A stretch of DNA of 64,000 bases from Dehalococcoidales bacterium (GCA_034416335.1 DAOULV010000024.1:30652-94651), one strand, 5' to 3'; counted from the stretch's first letter, positions 48,411 through 58,332 are shown. The notes: generated from the sequence alone by a model not told the origin. Translations and numbers: made by a program.

Positions 48411-49598
48411 TTATTTATCCAGAAGGGCTTCGACGCCAGGAAGTTTTTCTCCTCCGAGGAACCTGAGTGACGCGCCGCCGCCCGTGGATATGAAGGTCAT
48501 TTTATCAGCCAGCCCCATATTTATTACCACATCGGCTGTCGAACCTCCACCGATAATAGTATCAGCATCGAGGCTTGATAACAACAGCGCCATAGCCTGC
48601 GTTCCGGCAGCAAAGTCCGGTATCTCGTTTATACCCATCGGACCATTCCAGAAAACCGTTCCGGCATTCTTTAGTTCGCCGGTAAATAGTTCTATCGTCT
48701 GGCGACCGATATCCACGATACGCTGGTTCGATGCTATTTTATCGACCGGAACAATTTTTCTACCAGCGCCGGCCTTTATCTCTTCGGCTATCATCACGTC
48801 GGGTGGAAGAACCAGCCTGACTCCCGCTTTCTCAGCCTGTTTCATAAGTTCGGCGGCAGTCTCTATCCTGTCCTCTTCCACCAGTGATAAACCCACTTCA
48901 TATGATTTCGCCTTGAGAAAGGTGGCTGCCATACCGCCTCCGACAAGGATAAAATCTACCTTATCCATTATATTTTCAAGCATAGCTACTTTGTCGCTGA
49001 CCTTTGAGCCGCCGAACAGACCGCCGAAAGGATGAACCGGATTGTCCAGTATTCCACCAAGGTATTCAAGCTCTTTCTCCATCAGCAGCCCGGCAACAGC
49101 AGGGAGGTATTTCGTCACCCCCTCCGTAGAAGCGTGGGCACGGTGTGCCGTACCGAAGGCATCATCGATGTATATATCGGCCAGTTTTGCCAGACTAGCG
49201 GCGAAACCGGGATCGTTTTTCTCTTCTTCAGGATGAAACCGCAGGTTTTCCAGCAGCAGTATTTCACCTTCTTCCAGACCGTCCGCTTCGATTTCTGCTT
49301 CGGGTCCTGTGCAGTCGCTGGTCGTGATAACCGGCCTCCCGATCAGTTCCGAAAGACGGGCGGCAACCACTTTCAACCGGAGATTCTCAACAACCTTTCC
49401 GCCGGGTCTACCCAAATGTGAACAGAGAATGATTTTCGCTCTGTTTTCGATGAGGTAATCGATGGTAGGAAGCACCGCCCGGATTCGGCTGTCATCGGTT
49501 ATATTGCCTGTTTTCTCATCAAGGTTAACGTTAAAATCTACCCTGACAAGTACTTTCTTGCCGGATACATCTATATCCCTGATGGTTTGTTTGTTCAT
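48411..49598 (-). CDS. pgk: Phosphoglycerate kinase
   Basis: RVDFNV, SHLGRP, LENLRF, DAFGTAHR, WNGPMG, GGGST, STGGGASL. Confidence 0.98.
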   Translation of the reverse strand: MNKQTIRDIDVSGKKVLVRVDFNVNLDEKTGNITDDSRIRAVLPTIDYLIENRAKIILCSHLGRPGGKVVENLRLKVVAARLSELIGRPVITTSDCTGPEAEIEADGLEEGEILLLENLRFHPEEEKNDPGFAASLAKLADIYIDDAFGTAHRAHASTEGVTKYLPAVAGLLMEKELEYLGGILDNPVHPFGGLFGGSKVSDKVAMLENIMDKVDFILVGGGMAATFLKAKSYEVGLSLVEEDRIETAAELMKQAEKAGVRLVLPPDVMIAEEIKAGAGRKIVPVDKIASNQRIVDIGRQTIELFTGELKNAGTVFWNGPMGINEIPDFAAGTQAMALLLSSLDADTIIGGGSTADVVINMGLADKMTFISTGGGASLRFLGGEKLPGVEALLDK

Positions 49599-51487
49599 TT
49601 TCTCACTTCAGGGATTGGTGCGGCCACCTTTGAAGCAGGAAAAAGTTTCAGGACTTCCGCGGCAATACCGGCCGCGTCAAGTCCGTATTTTTCACGTATT
49701 AATTCCTGTGTCCCCTGTTCGATAAACTTGTCCGGAACGCCGATGCATTTAACATGGACATCGGTAACATTCTCTTCCTGCAGAAGGTCGAGGACACAGT
49801 TACCGAAACCGCCTTTCAGCGTGTTCTCTTCCACTGTAACGATATACTTAGTCCTGTCAGCAATATCCAGGAAAAGTTCCGAATCCAGGGGTTTAGCGAA
49901 CCGGGAATTAACTACCGTAGCCTCTATACCTCTGGCTGACAGTTTTTCCGCCGCGTCGAGAGCTGCCTGCACGGTTACCCCGATAGCCAGGATAGCTATA
50001 TCATCGCCCTCTCGCAGCACCTCCGCCTTTCCGATAGGTATAGTATGCAGCTTTTTATCTATTGTAACTCCCAGTCCGGTGCCGCGGGGGTAACGGACAG
50101 CCATAGGCTTGCCGCACTTTATCGCGGTATACAGCAGGTGCTGGAGTTCATTTTCATCTTTAGGCGCGGAAACTACCAGGTTGGGAATCAGCGTAAGGTA
50201 AGACAGGTCGAGAGTGCCCTGGTGAGTTTTACCGTCGTCACCGACTATACCGCCCCGGTCTATGGCAAACACCATCGGCAGTTCCTGGAGACATACATCG
50301 TGTATTATCTGGTCGAAGGCTCGCTGTAAAAAAGTAGAATATATCGCAACCACCGGAGTATACTGCTGAGTAGCCAGACCTGCAGCAAAAGTCACGGCGT
50401 GCTGCTCGCAGATACCGACATCGAATACCCTTTCCGGAAATTCAGCCTGTACTATATGAAGGCAGTTTCCCTCGGGCATTGCCGGAGTGATTACCACCAG
50501 ATGCGGGTTTTCCCTGGCGACATTCAGCATGGTACGGGCGAATACTTCGCTGTATGACGGTGTTTCGCAGACATCGCCGTTTTTACCCGATACGCCGTGA
50601 AAGTACACGGCATCACCCTCGGCAGGCTGGTAGCCTTTACCCTTGGTGGTTACTACATGAACAAGAGAGGGTTTCGTCCTAAAATCTCTTGCCTGAGAGA
50701 AAGCTTCCTCCAGCTTCCGGATATCATGTCCGTCAACAGGCCCCATGTAGGTAAAACCGAGTTCTTCCCACAAAGTTGTAGGCATAACCAGGCCTTTGAC
50801 ACCGCTTTCAAATTGCCGGCTTGCCCTCATCAGCTTGCTGCTGAACGGCAGGTGCCTCAGAATACGCCAGCTTTTTTCTTTGGCTTCGTGAAAACGATGG
50901 TGAAAACGGACTTTACCCATCAGGTTCGAAAGAGCCCCGACTGTCGGAGAGATTGACATCCCGTTATCATTGAGAATCACGGTCAGGTTAGAGCCGAGAT
51001 GCCCGGCCTGGTTCAAAGCCTCCAGAGCCATCCCGCCGGTAATGGCCCCGTCACCGATAACCGCGACAACCCTGTAGTCGTCTCCGGCAAGGTCACGGGC
51101 AACAGCCATACCGAGTGCCGCGGATACGGAAGTACTGGCGTGACCGGCACCGAAAGCGTCGTATTCACTCTCCTCGCGGCTGGTGAAACCTGATATACCT
51201 CCGTACTGGCGGAGCGTGTTAAAGCGTTCTCTTCTGCCTGTCAGTAGTTTGTGGGTATACGCCTGGTGACCGACATCCCATATTAGTTTATCGCGCGGAG
51301 CATCGAATACCCGGTGCAGGGCGAGAGTAAGTTCAATAGCGCCGAGATTCGACGCCAGATGCCCGCCGGTCACGGAGACCGTAGAGACAAGTTCGTCTCT
51401 GATTTCAGAGGCTAACTGTTCTACTTCCTGATGTGACAGGCCCTTCAGGTCCGAGGGACTGTCGATACTGTCCAACAAACGTGACAT
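49595..51487 (-). CDS. dxs: 1-deoxy-D-xylulose-5-phosphate synthase
   Basis: GGHLASNLG, WDVGHQAY, GHASTS, GDGAITGG, ILNDN, DVGICEQHAV, YSTFLQRAFDQ, DGKTHQG. Confidence 0.97.
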   Translation of the reverse strand: MSRLLDSIDSPSDLKGLSHQEVEQLASEIRDELVSTVSVTGGHLASNLGAIELTLALHRVFDAPRDKLIWDVGHQAYTHKLLTGRRERFNTLRQYGGISGFTSREESEYDAFGAGHASTSVSAALGMAVARDLAGDDYRVVAVIGDGAITGGMALEALNQAGHLGSNLTVILNDNGMSISPTVGALSNLMGKVRFHHRFHEAKEKSWRILRHLPFSSKLMRASRQFESGVKGLVMPTTLWEELGFTYMGPVDGHDIRKLEEAFSQARDFRTKPSLVHVVTTKGKGYQPAEGDAVYFHGVSGKNGDVCETPSYSEVFARTMLNVARENPHLVVITPAMPEGNCLHIVQAEFPERVFDVGICEQHAVTFAAGLATQQYTPVVAIYSTFLQRAFDQIIHDVCLQELPMVFAIDRGGIVGDDGKTHQGTLDLSYLTLIPNLVVSAPKDENELQHLLYTAIKCGKPMAVRYPRGTGLGVTIDKKLHTIPIGKAEVLREGDDIAILAIGVTVQAALDAAEKLSARGIEATVVNSRFAKPLDSELFLDIADRTKYIVTVEENTLKGGFGNCVLDLLQEENVTDVHVKCIGVPDKFIEQGTQELIREKYGLDAAGIAAEVLKLFPASKVAAPIPEVRK

Positions 51488-51586
51488 TTAAAGTTTAACC
51501 GATCGGATATGGATTTCAGGTTAATAGTATCAATCCAGATTGGATAATGTCAATTACCGAATTGAACCGGATTCTGTTTGCTTTCA

Positions 51587-51785
51587 GTTGTGATTCTCGG
51601 TTCCCCCCCTTTGTCCCCCTCAAACAGGTGCCTTATTCGGAAGAAACATTTCGATTGTTTGAGGGGGAAAGAGTTTGAGAGAGGGGTGAAGCCCCTCTCT
51701 CAAATTTTAACTCCCCTTTCCGGTTTGAAAAGCCTTTCGATCACCGTCAATGGTTCTGATCGGAAAGGGGATTAAGGGGATAGGT
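51587..51785. repeat. Three-hairpin MITE-like element (CCCCCTCAAAC family), full copy
   Basis: Inverted repeats CCCCCTCAAACA/TGTTTGAGGGGG, TTTGAGAGAGGGG/CCCCTCTCTCAAA and CCCCTTTCCG/CGGAAAGGGG. Left half is repeated at 58043-58150. Confidence 0.8.
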
Positions 51786-51915
51786 GTATATAAACAACCA
51801 AGTGCAGCAGGTAGAACCGAAACCTCCTCGTGAGAGGATGATTCAGGACTACCTGTTGTTACTTCGGCGTAACTCTGAGGTGAGTATAACAAACACCAAA
51901 ATAGCACAATATCAA

Positions 51916-51944
51916 TTGACGCTACATAAGCCATTTGCTACACT
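51916..51944 (+). promoter_or_regulatory. Sigma70-type promoter for the gene at 52005
   Basis: TTGACG-17 nt-TACACT. Confidence 0.6.
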
Positions 51945-52004
51945 TCATTGAAAGCCGGCTTTATACCGGAATCGTAATCAGTAATTACAGGGAGAATTGT
52001 ATAT

Positions 52005-52535
52005 TTGGAGCAGTTCCTCGGCCTGGATATACCCAGCATCCTTAAGGTGCTTGGACTTGCCGCGTCACCAATATCCGAACTGAGAGGAGCCATTCCCCTG
52101 GCCGTGCTGGAGTTCGACTTCCCCTGGTACTACGCCTATATCATAGCCGTTATCGGAAATATTCTGCCGGTTCCTTTTATCCTGCTTTTTCTTAACGCCG
52201 TAACACGTGTCCTGAGTAAAATCAGCGTGTTCGACAGGTTCTTTAAATGGCTGTTCGCCCGGACCAGGCAGCGCGGCACGCTTATCGAAAAATACGAACG
52301 GGTCGGGCTGGTCCTTTTCGTGGCGATTCCCCTGCCCGTCACCGGAGCCTGGACGGGGGCTATCGCAGCAGTACTCCTGGGTATGAATTTCAGCCGGGCA
52401 GCACTTTCTATTTTCCTCGGCGTTCTGATAGCCGGAGTAATCGTCACCTGCCTGACACTACTGGGCTGGACCGGCGCCATCATCGCCGGAGTAATCCTGT
52501 GTGTCCTCGCCGCCCTGGGAATCTGGCGTTTTTAA
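52005..52535 (+). CDS. COG2426-like small multidrug export family membrane protein
   Basis: SPISELRGAIP, IGNILPVPFIL, LFVAIPLPVTGAWTGA. Confidence 0.85.
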   Translation: MEQFLGLDIPSILKVLGLAASPISELRGAIPLAVLEFDFPWYYAYIIAVIGNILPVPFILLFLNAVTRVLSKISVFDRFFKWLFARTRQRGTLIEKYERVGLVLFVAIPLPVTGAWTGAIAAVLLGMNFSRAALSIFLGVLIAGVIVTCLTLLGWTGAIIAGVILCVLAALGIWRF

Positions 52536-52568
52536 TTCCCCCTGCAAATCAGGTCAATTCCGACCCTA

Positions 52569-53795
52569 TTAGTAAGCTCGGGAAGAACGCGGGATTAAAA
52601 ACGTAAGGCAGGCTCCCGCCAGATTCAAAGCAGATAATACTACGAAAGCGGGCCAGTAGTGTCCGTACTCATCGAACACCCAGCCCGTTACCGGCGGAAA
52701 CAGGCTGGCTCCGATAGTTACGAAGCTCGTAAGTATCCCGTAAATCGTCCCGAAATTCCTGGTACCGAAATATTCCCTGATAATCGCTGCCCTTACCCAA
52801 ATACTGCCGTTTCCGATACCGAATGGAATAGCGAAGGCAAGGATTAACAGAAACGGTGAATCGACTTTTATCGTCCAGAGAACCAAAAAACTGATACTCG
52901 TTAGTGCGATGGAAAACCCGATTACGTTTCTCCGGCTGACAACATCTACCAGCCAGCCTATCGGGATACGGACCGCCAGCCCGACTATAGCCACGGTCAT
53001 AACTACCAGGCTGGCCTGCGATTTGTCCATCCCCGTGTTAAGAAGGTGCGGCATCAAATGCGCCAGTATCGTGATACTGCCGCCTCCCTGCACCAGAAGA
53101 CCGAACCCTATCAACCAGAAACTCCTTGTTTTTATAGCTTCTCTGAAATTTACCCCGGACGTTTCGGGCAACTGGAATTCGAGTTCCTTCGATTCGTCGA
53201 CGGGTATGCCGTCAGGAGATAGTCCGTATTCTTCAGGCCTGTTCCTGAACAGGAACGAGAGAGGTATTATAAGTATCCAAGTACCGATAGCTGCAAACAG
53301 GAATGTACTCTGCCAGCCGTAAGAATCGATTGCTATAACCAGTAAAGGCACCGCTGTCCCACCCAGAGCTACGCTGAAACCCGTTATACCGTTGGCTTTA
53401 CCCAGGTTTTTACGGAACCACCGGGCAACAGTGGTTTGCGGAACAAGCTGAATAGCCAGTGCAGCACCGAGGCCGATTACGACATATCCCAGATAAAACA
53501 GGGGCAGGTTTGATGCCCGACTTAACAGCAGGTACCCCAGGCCCATAACGAGTCCCCCGATAATCAGCAGTCCCTTTACGGGCCATCTGTCAGCCAAGGC
53601 TCCGATAAACGGATTAAGGACTCCGGCGGTCACGGAGCGTACCGTCATCGCCAGCGTTATCTGGGAATAAGTCCAGCCGAAGGTATCTATTACAGGATTG
53701 ATAAATGAAGTAAAACCGTATACATACAGCAGGCTGTTATACCCCATAAAAACGGAGCTGGCGATAACGATATACCAACCGTAAAATATGTTCAA
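52569..53795 (-). CDS. MFS transporter (OFA/MCT-like)
   Basis: 12-TM pattern, GALADRWPVK, IGWLVDVVSRR, REYFGTRNFGTIYG. Confidence 0.88.
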   Translation of the reverse strand: MNIFYGWYIVIASSVFMGYNSLLYVYGFTSFINPVIDTFGWTYSQITLAMTVRSVTAGVLNPFIGALADRWPVKGLLIIGGLVMGLGYLLLSRASNLPLFYLGYVVIGLGAALAIQLVPQTTVARWFRKNLGKANGITGFSVALGGTAVPLLVIAIDSYGWQSTFLFAAIGTWILIIPLSFLFRNRPEEYGLSPDGIPVDESKELEFQLPETSGVNFREAIKTRSFWLIGFGLLVQGGGSITILAHLMPHLLNTGMDKSQASLVVMTVAIVGLAVRIPIGWLVDVVSRRNVIGFSIALTSISFLVLWTIKVDSPFLLILAFAIPFGIGNGSIWVRAAIIREYFGTRNFGTIYGILTSFVTIGASLFPPVTGWVFDEYGHYWPAFVVLSALNLAGACLTFLIPRSSRAY

Positions 53796-53857
53796 CTGTC
53801 AGCCTGCTGTATCCGGCGGTAGTATACTGGAGAGCCTGTAATTTCTCTTACAGGTAC

Positions 53858-54289
53858 TTATCCACCTATTTCTTCATTCGACGGAAGGATTCCGAGCTGC
53901 TGGAGCTGGCCCATAGCGTCTTTCAAACCCCAGTACTCGGCAACCTTACCGTTTTCGATACGCAGGAAAAAGCACTCCGCAATCATGAATGATTTTCCGG
54001 TCGGTGCGTATTTCCCCCACTGTCCCGTATGAACTCCGGTAACCGTCATCCGCACCGATACCTTGTCACCCTCGGCGACAATATCATCGATGCGGTTCGT
54101 ATGGTCTGAAAAGGCTTCGAGAACGCTGCCGATAAGACCCATAAAAGTCTCTTTATTGATACCTCTTTCTCCTACCATCGGCCTGAACGTAAAATCGTCG
54201 GTCGTCAGTTTATCCAGCGTTTTTACATCCGCGATTTTCATCGCATTGAAAAAATCAGCCACGACCTGTTTATTTTCTTCCAGTGACAT
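53858..54289 (-). CDS. SnoaL-like ester cyclase family protein
   Basis: EENKQVV, AFSD....DDIVAEGDKV, TGVHTG, PTGK, ENGKVAEYW. Confidence 0.88.
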   Translation of the reverse strand: MSLEENKQVVADFFNAMKIADVKTLDKLTTDDFTFRPMVGERGINKETFMGLIGSVLEAFSDHTNRIDDIVAEGDKVSVRMTVTGVHTGQWGKYAPTGKSFMIAECFFLRIENGKVAEYWGLKDAMGQLQQLGILPSNEEIGG

Positions 54290-54436
54290 CTATTACTCCT
54301 TTAATTCTTTATAAAAAGGGCACTGTCAACCACATGCAGCTTCCAGTACCCTTCTTCCTGTCATATCTGGTTTCTTCCGACTGAATATATCAGATTTCAG
54401 AATTCCCTCTAGTTTTATGTCAACAAGTGTTCTTGC

Positions 54437-55765
54437 TTAATAGACTCCGTATTCCTTGACGGCTTCCATCATCGCCCTGACGTTTTCCGCCTTCCCTGTA
54501 TCGATATTGGCTCCACCGGCAAGGATGAATCCTCCGCCCGGAGCACAGATTTCTATCAGGTCCTTACAGTATTTCTTCGTCTCCTCGGCGGTCCCCGTTG
54601 TCAATAATGAAGTGGGCACGTTTCCAGAGATACAGCATTTATCGCCGAGCATCTTCTTCGCCCTTGCCATATCCGTCTTGTCGAACAGCCAGCCGATTTC
54701 ACCTTTCTTGAATTCAGTAAAATTGTCCAAGCGGGTGTCGTAGCTGCCTTCGGCAAACAGCATCGGCATAATTCCTTCATCGATTAAGGCAAGCAGGAAC
54801 TTCCGCAGCGAGGGCCAGTAAAATTTATCGAACTGTGCCGGCGACAGGAATCCATCGGCGCCCTTATGCAGGACGAAGAAAGCCATTATTCCGCCGCTCC
54901 TGTTTACCTGAGCGATTGTGCTGTCGATGGATATATCGGCTACGACATTGATAGCTTCCAGCAGTTTATCCGGCTGCTTGAGCATATCCATCATAATACC
55001 GCGGGTTCCTCTCAGGGTGTCGCCTATCGTGTCGAACGGTGCTTTTGCCAGTGTTCCGGGCATTCCCGACGGCACGCCCGCCGCAGCCGCTTCGGCTCCG
55101 CACTTCATTACCACCTGCACCCATTTCTCCAGTTCTTCTCCGATTTCGAGGAGAGTCTTCAGCATCTTCTTGACGTCGGGCGACATAAAAGGCATGAAGT
55201 AGGAGGCTGGAGCTTCCCAGATATCGGTCAGCGACTGGAAAGTCTCCAGCGGTTTTAATACTCCGAGGACGCGGGGCAGGTAGGTCCTCATCCAGAAATC
55301 GGACGGATTTTTTATCAGCAGGTCGTATTCGTCAGCCGTCATGTATTCGCCCTCTACGTACTGGTAGCCGTCGGCATTATCGGGCAGGCCGTGTCCCGGC
55401 CAGTTATAGCCCTTGTAATCCAGAAGGTCGTAGACAGGTCCGGACATTACCAGACCCGGTGACGTAAAGGTATCCATCTCGAATTCGTCGAGATATTTTT
55501 TCCAGGCGCGATACAGCTCATCGTAGTCGTACATTACTGTCTTGAAACTGACCCCGGCGTAATAAGCAGGGAAATTCCCGATTGGCAGTGAGACCGGTAC
55601 CCTGTCGGGTACGTTCACCCTGTAGGCATCCAGTACCCTGTTCAGCCTTTCATAGTAAAGTTTTTCAGCTTCGGGACTGTTGAATGGTATTGGGGGCGGG
55701 GCAAGTAATGCTTCAAAACGTTTTTCTCTTTTTTCGGCGGGTGTTAATGCTTTTTCATTATCCAT
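54437..55765 (-). CDS. Uroporphyrinogen decarboxylase-like (MtaA/CmuA superfamily) protein
   Basis: VPDRVPV, PFDTIGDTLRG, FLSPAQFDKFYWP, CISGNVP, APGGGFIL. RBS GGAGGT precedes ATG 55765. Confidence 0.82.
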   Translation of the reverse strand: MDNEKALTPAEKREKRFEALLAPPPIPFNSPEAEKLYYERLNRVLDAYRVNVPDRVPVSLPIGNFPAYYAGVSFKTVMYDYDELYRAWKKYLDEFEMDTFTSPGLVMSGPVYDLLDYKGYNWPGHGLPDNADGYQYVEGEYMTADEYDLLIKNPSDFWMRTYLPRVLGVLKPLETFQSLTDIWEAPASYFMPFMSPDVKKMLKTLLEIGEELEKWVQVVMKCGAEAAAAGVPSGMPGTLAKAPFDTIGDTLRGTRGIMMDMLKQPDKLLEAINVVADISIDSTIAQVNRSGGIMAFFVLHKGADGFLSPAQFDKFYWPSLRKFLLALIDEGIMPMLFAEGSYDTRLDNFTEFKKGEIGWLFDKTDMARAKKMLGDKCCISGNVPTSLLTTGTAEETKKYCKDLIEICAPGGGFILAGGANIDTGKAENVRAMMEAVKEYGVY

Positions 55766-55846
55766 TTTCCAGACCACCTCCATTTATTACGAATACGGAT
55801 ACAAACAGCCAATACTGATTCATTCTAGGTATATTTACATATGAAG

Positions 55847-56653
55847 TCAAAGCTTTTCGACCGAACTGAATATCACCGGAACGTCGACCGTAATGCCATG
55901 AGAAGTACCGAATCCATCCAGTACCGAAAGGATTTCTTTCTTCAGTCTTTCTTTGTCGGCGGAATCCAGCCTGTTTATCCGGGGTCTCACGATGAGCGAG
56001 TTGCATATCTGCCGCCGGCATTCTTCTTTATCGGGGTAAACGACGGCCAGTGTATCTTCCGAAATATCTGCATTATCGAATCCGGCTCCGATAAAAATCT
56101 CACGGCATTTTTCAGGCGAATCGGTAACCAAAATAGCAGACGACGTAGGTGTTTTCTCTCCGAATTCTCGCAGCCGGTCGTCGATAAGTTTCATCACCGG
56201 CTGGAATACTCCCCTGCCGAAGGTTGAAAACACCATCGTACTGCCTGTTTTCAGGACGCGGTAGCATTCACCCAGGGCTTTCCGTGTATCACCGAACAGA
56301 AACAAAGATGAAGCGCAGATAACGGCATCGAAGCCGTTATCTGCGAATTCCAGGGTATGAACATCGCCCGATAAGTATTCGATATTCGTCAGTCCGGAAT
56401 CCGCGGCTTTCTGTCTGGCGATATCCAGCAGTTTATCGGCGATATCGATGCCCGTAACCTGTCCGGTTTCTCCCACCATTCCGGCAGCTTTCATCGCCGC
56501 CCACCCGGAGCCGCAGGCGGCATCGAGTACTTTCTGCCCCGGCGAAAGCCGGGCTTTTTCGGCAGTAAGTTCCGCCGGACCCCGGAGAAAAGTGAAACTA
56601 TCGTATATCGCCGCACCGGCGTTGAATAACGGTTCTTCCATATTTACGGGCAC
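55847..56653 (-). CDS. Class I SAM-dependent methyltransferase
   Basis: VLDAACGSG, VTGIDIA, GDVHTL, FDAVIC, RVLKTG. Start may be ATG 56641. Confidence 0.88.
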   Translation of the reverse strand: MPVNMEEPLFNAGAAIYDSFTFLRGPAELTAEKARLSPGQKVLDAACGSGWAAMKAAGMVGETGQVTGIDIADKLLDIARQKAADSGLTNIEYLSGDVHTLEFADNGFDAVICASSLFLFGDTRKALGECYRVLKTGSTMVFSTFGRGVFQPVMKLIDDRLREFGEKTPTSSAILVTDSPEKCREIFIGAGFDNADISEDTLAVVYPDKEECRRQICNSLIVRPRINRLDSADKERLKKEILSVLDGFGTSHGITVDVPVIFSSVEKL

Positions 56654-56684
56654 TTCCGGTATTTTGTAGTATTATACAATGAAA

Positions 56685-56711
56685 GCGGCACCCCTGAATC
56701 AGGGGTGCCGC
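56685..56711 (-). terminator. Perfect 12-bp hairpin downstream of the ADH gene
   Basis: GCGGCACCCCTG-AAT-CAGGGGTGCCGC, followed on the minus strand by TTTC. Confidence 0.7.
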
Positions 56712-56749
56712 ACAAAACTTATTATTCTATATCCTGGAATAAACCCGGA

Positions 56750-57907
56750 TTACCTTGCGTAGGCTTTCTTCAGGATACCCAGCATATCTTTCGCCGAGGT
56801 TTCCCTGGGACTCAGTCTCCACATCCCCTGGTCGAAAGCTGCCTGCGCCACTTTCTCCAGCTCCGATTCCTTAACGCCCAGTTCCCTGAGTGTTTTCTGC
56901 CCTATCTTCCTGTTGAAGGCTGCCAGCACTTCGGCAACCTGGGCGGCGGCTTCTTTTGGTGAAGCCGAAGCCTTTATCTTCAGCCCCATTGCTTTTCCGA
57001 TAAGCCTTATCGGTCCGGGAACTTCCCCGGCAAGGTATTCGATAATTTCCGGCATTGCTACGCCGCAAGCATTTCCGTGGGGTATATGGAATATCGAGCC
57101 GAGGGTATGCCCCAGCGAATGCCCCATGTGAGTTAACGAGTCGTTAAATGAGTATCCTGCCAGCATGGCAGCATAACTCATCTGTGTCCTGGCTTCTATA
57201 TCCTTTCCGTTCTTCACCGCTTTCGGCAGGTATTTCATTACCAGAGAGATAGCCTGTTCGCCCAGAAGGTCGGACATCGGGTTCCTGTTATTGCCCATGA
57301 TAGCTTCTGCGGCGTGGGCATAGGCGTCCATTCCCGTGTCGGCGGTAATCGACGGAGGCATTCCGACGGTCAGCATAGGGTCTACTATTGCCAGGTTGGC
57401 TCTGACCAGAGGACCCGCCATACCTTTTTTCTTGTTCTCGTCGGCGGTGTCGGTAATAACGGCGAACATCGTTACCTCGCTGCCTGTCCCCGCCGTTGTC
57501 GGGACAAGGATAAGGTTCCTTCCCGGTTTCAATGGGGTGCCCGTACCCATATAGTCCTTCACCTTACCGGGATTGTTCAGCAGAAGATTGATTGTCTTGG
57601 CGGTATCCATGGTACTACCGCCGCCTATTCCCACCACGCCGTCGACATCGGCTTTGCGTCCCACTTCCGCGCCTTCGTCTATCATCGTATCCGGCGGGTC
57701 GGCTTTCACACCGTCGAAAACGGCTACCTCTATTTCCTGTTCTTTAATATTCTCTATAATTTTGTCCGTGATACCCGTTTGCTTGACTCCCTGGTCGTAA
57801 ACAGCCAGCACTTTCTTGCAGCCCAGGGTCTTCAGCCTTTCACCGGTCTGAAGAGAAGAATCCACGCCGAACAGCGCCGGAGTCATGTGGTTAATATTGA
57901 ACGCCAT
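56750..57907 (-). CDS. Iron-containing alcohol dehydrogenase
   Basis: GIGGGSTMDTAK, PTTAGTGSEVT, DP..T, TGMDAYAHAAE, HMGH, HIPHG. Confidence 0.92.
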   Translation of the reverse strand: MAFNINHMTPALFGVDSSLQTGERLKTLGCKKVLAVYDQGVKQTGITDKIIENIKEQEIEVAVFDGVKADPPDTMIDEGAEVGRKADVDGVVGIGGGSTMDTAKTINLLLNNPGKVKDYMGTGTPLKPGRNLILVPTTAGTGSEVTMFAVITDTADENKKKGMAGPLVRANLAIVDPMLTVGMPPSITADTGMDAYAHAAEAIMGNNRNPMSDLLGEQAISLVMKYLPKAVKNGKDIEARTQMSYAAMLAGYSFNDSLTHMGHSLGHTLGSIFHIPHGNACGVAMPEIIEYLAGEVPGPIRLIGKAMGLKIKASASPKEAAAQVAEVLAAFNRKIGQKTLRELGVKESELEKVAQAAFDQGMWRLSPRETSAKDMLGILKKAYAR

Positions 57908-58042
57908 ATTCCCTTCCTCCTGTATTAATTACTTGTAATAACGATTATAGCAGGTTATCGGGAAAATGTTATCCGGAAAGATTCCTATGGCCGTGATCCG
58001 GGCGGTATCGATTCCGCAGTCTTTAGATACTATTCGGTTTTT

Positions 58043-58150
58043 GTTGTGATTTTTAGTGCACCCCCTTTATCCCCCTCAAACAACTGCCATATTCAGCAAA
58101 AATATCTCGATTGTTTGAGGGGGAAAGAGTTTGAGAGAGGGGCTAAGCCC
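58043..58150. repeat. Truncated second copy of the 51587-51785 element
   Basis: Shares GTTGTGATT, CCCCCTTT.TCCCCCTCAAACA and CGATTGTTTGAGGGGGAAAGAGTTTGAGAGAGGGG..AAGCCC. Confidence 0.85.
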
Positions 58151-58171
58151 ATGTCAATCCACTCCTCCTTC

Positions 58172-58332
58172 GTCATTGCGAGATCCCGCTTTCTCCCGTT
58201 CGTTCTGAGCTTGTCGAAGGACGAATCCGTCTCCGTCATTGCGAGGAGTCCGCCGGGGCGGACGACGTGGCAATCTCTATAATCGGACTTGGGGATTGCT
58301 TCGTCTCGACTACGCCGAGGACTCGCAATGAC
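58172..58332. repeat. GTCATTGCGAG-type palindromic element(s) with an embedded CTGAGCTTGTCGAAGG half-element
   Basis: GTCATTGCGAG at 58172 and 58235, CTCGCAATGAC at 58322, internal GCAATC/GATTGC. Segment 58197-58225 resembles 45243-45274. Confidence 0.75.

Noticed and set aside
51797-51865. Hammerhead ribozyme, SAM-I or glycine riboswitch identity for the hairpin
   Set aside because: Only fragments such as CGAAAC and TCAGG match. The required cores (CUGANGA, AUCAAGAG, GGAGA...CCGAAG) are missing or out of order.
51707-51934. 75-aa minus-strand ORF upstream of dxs
   Set aside because: Runs through palindromic repeat and hairpin sequence, with no RBS or motif.
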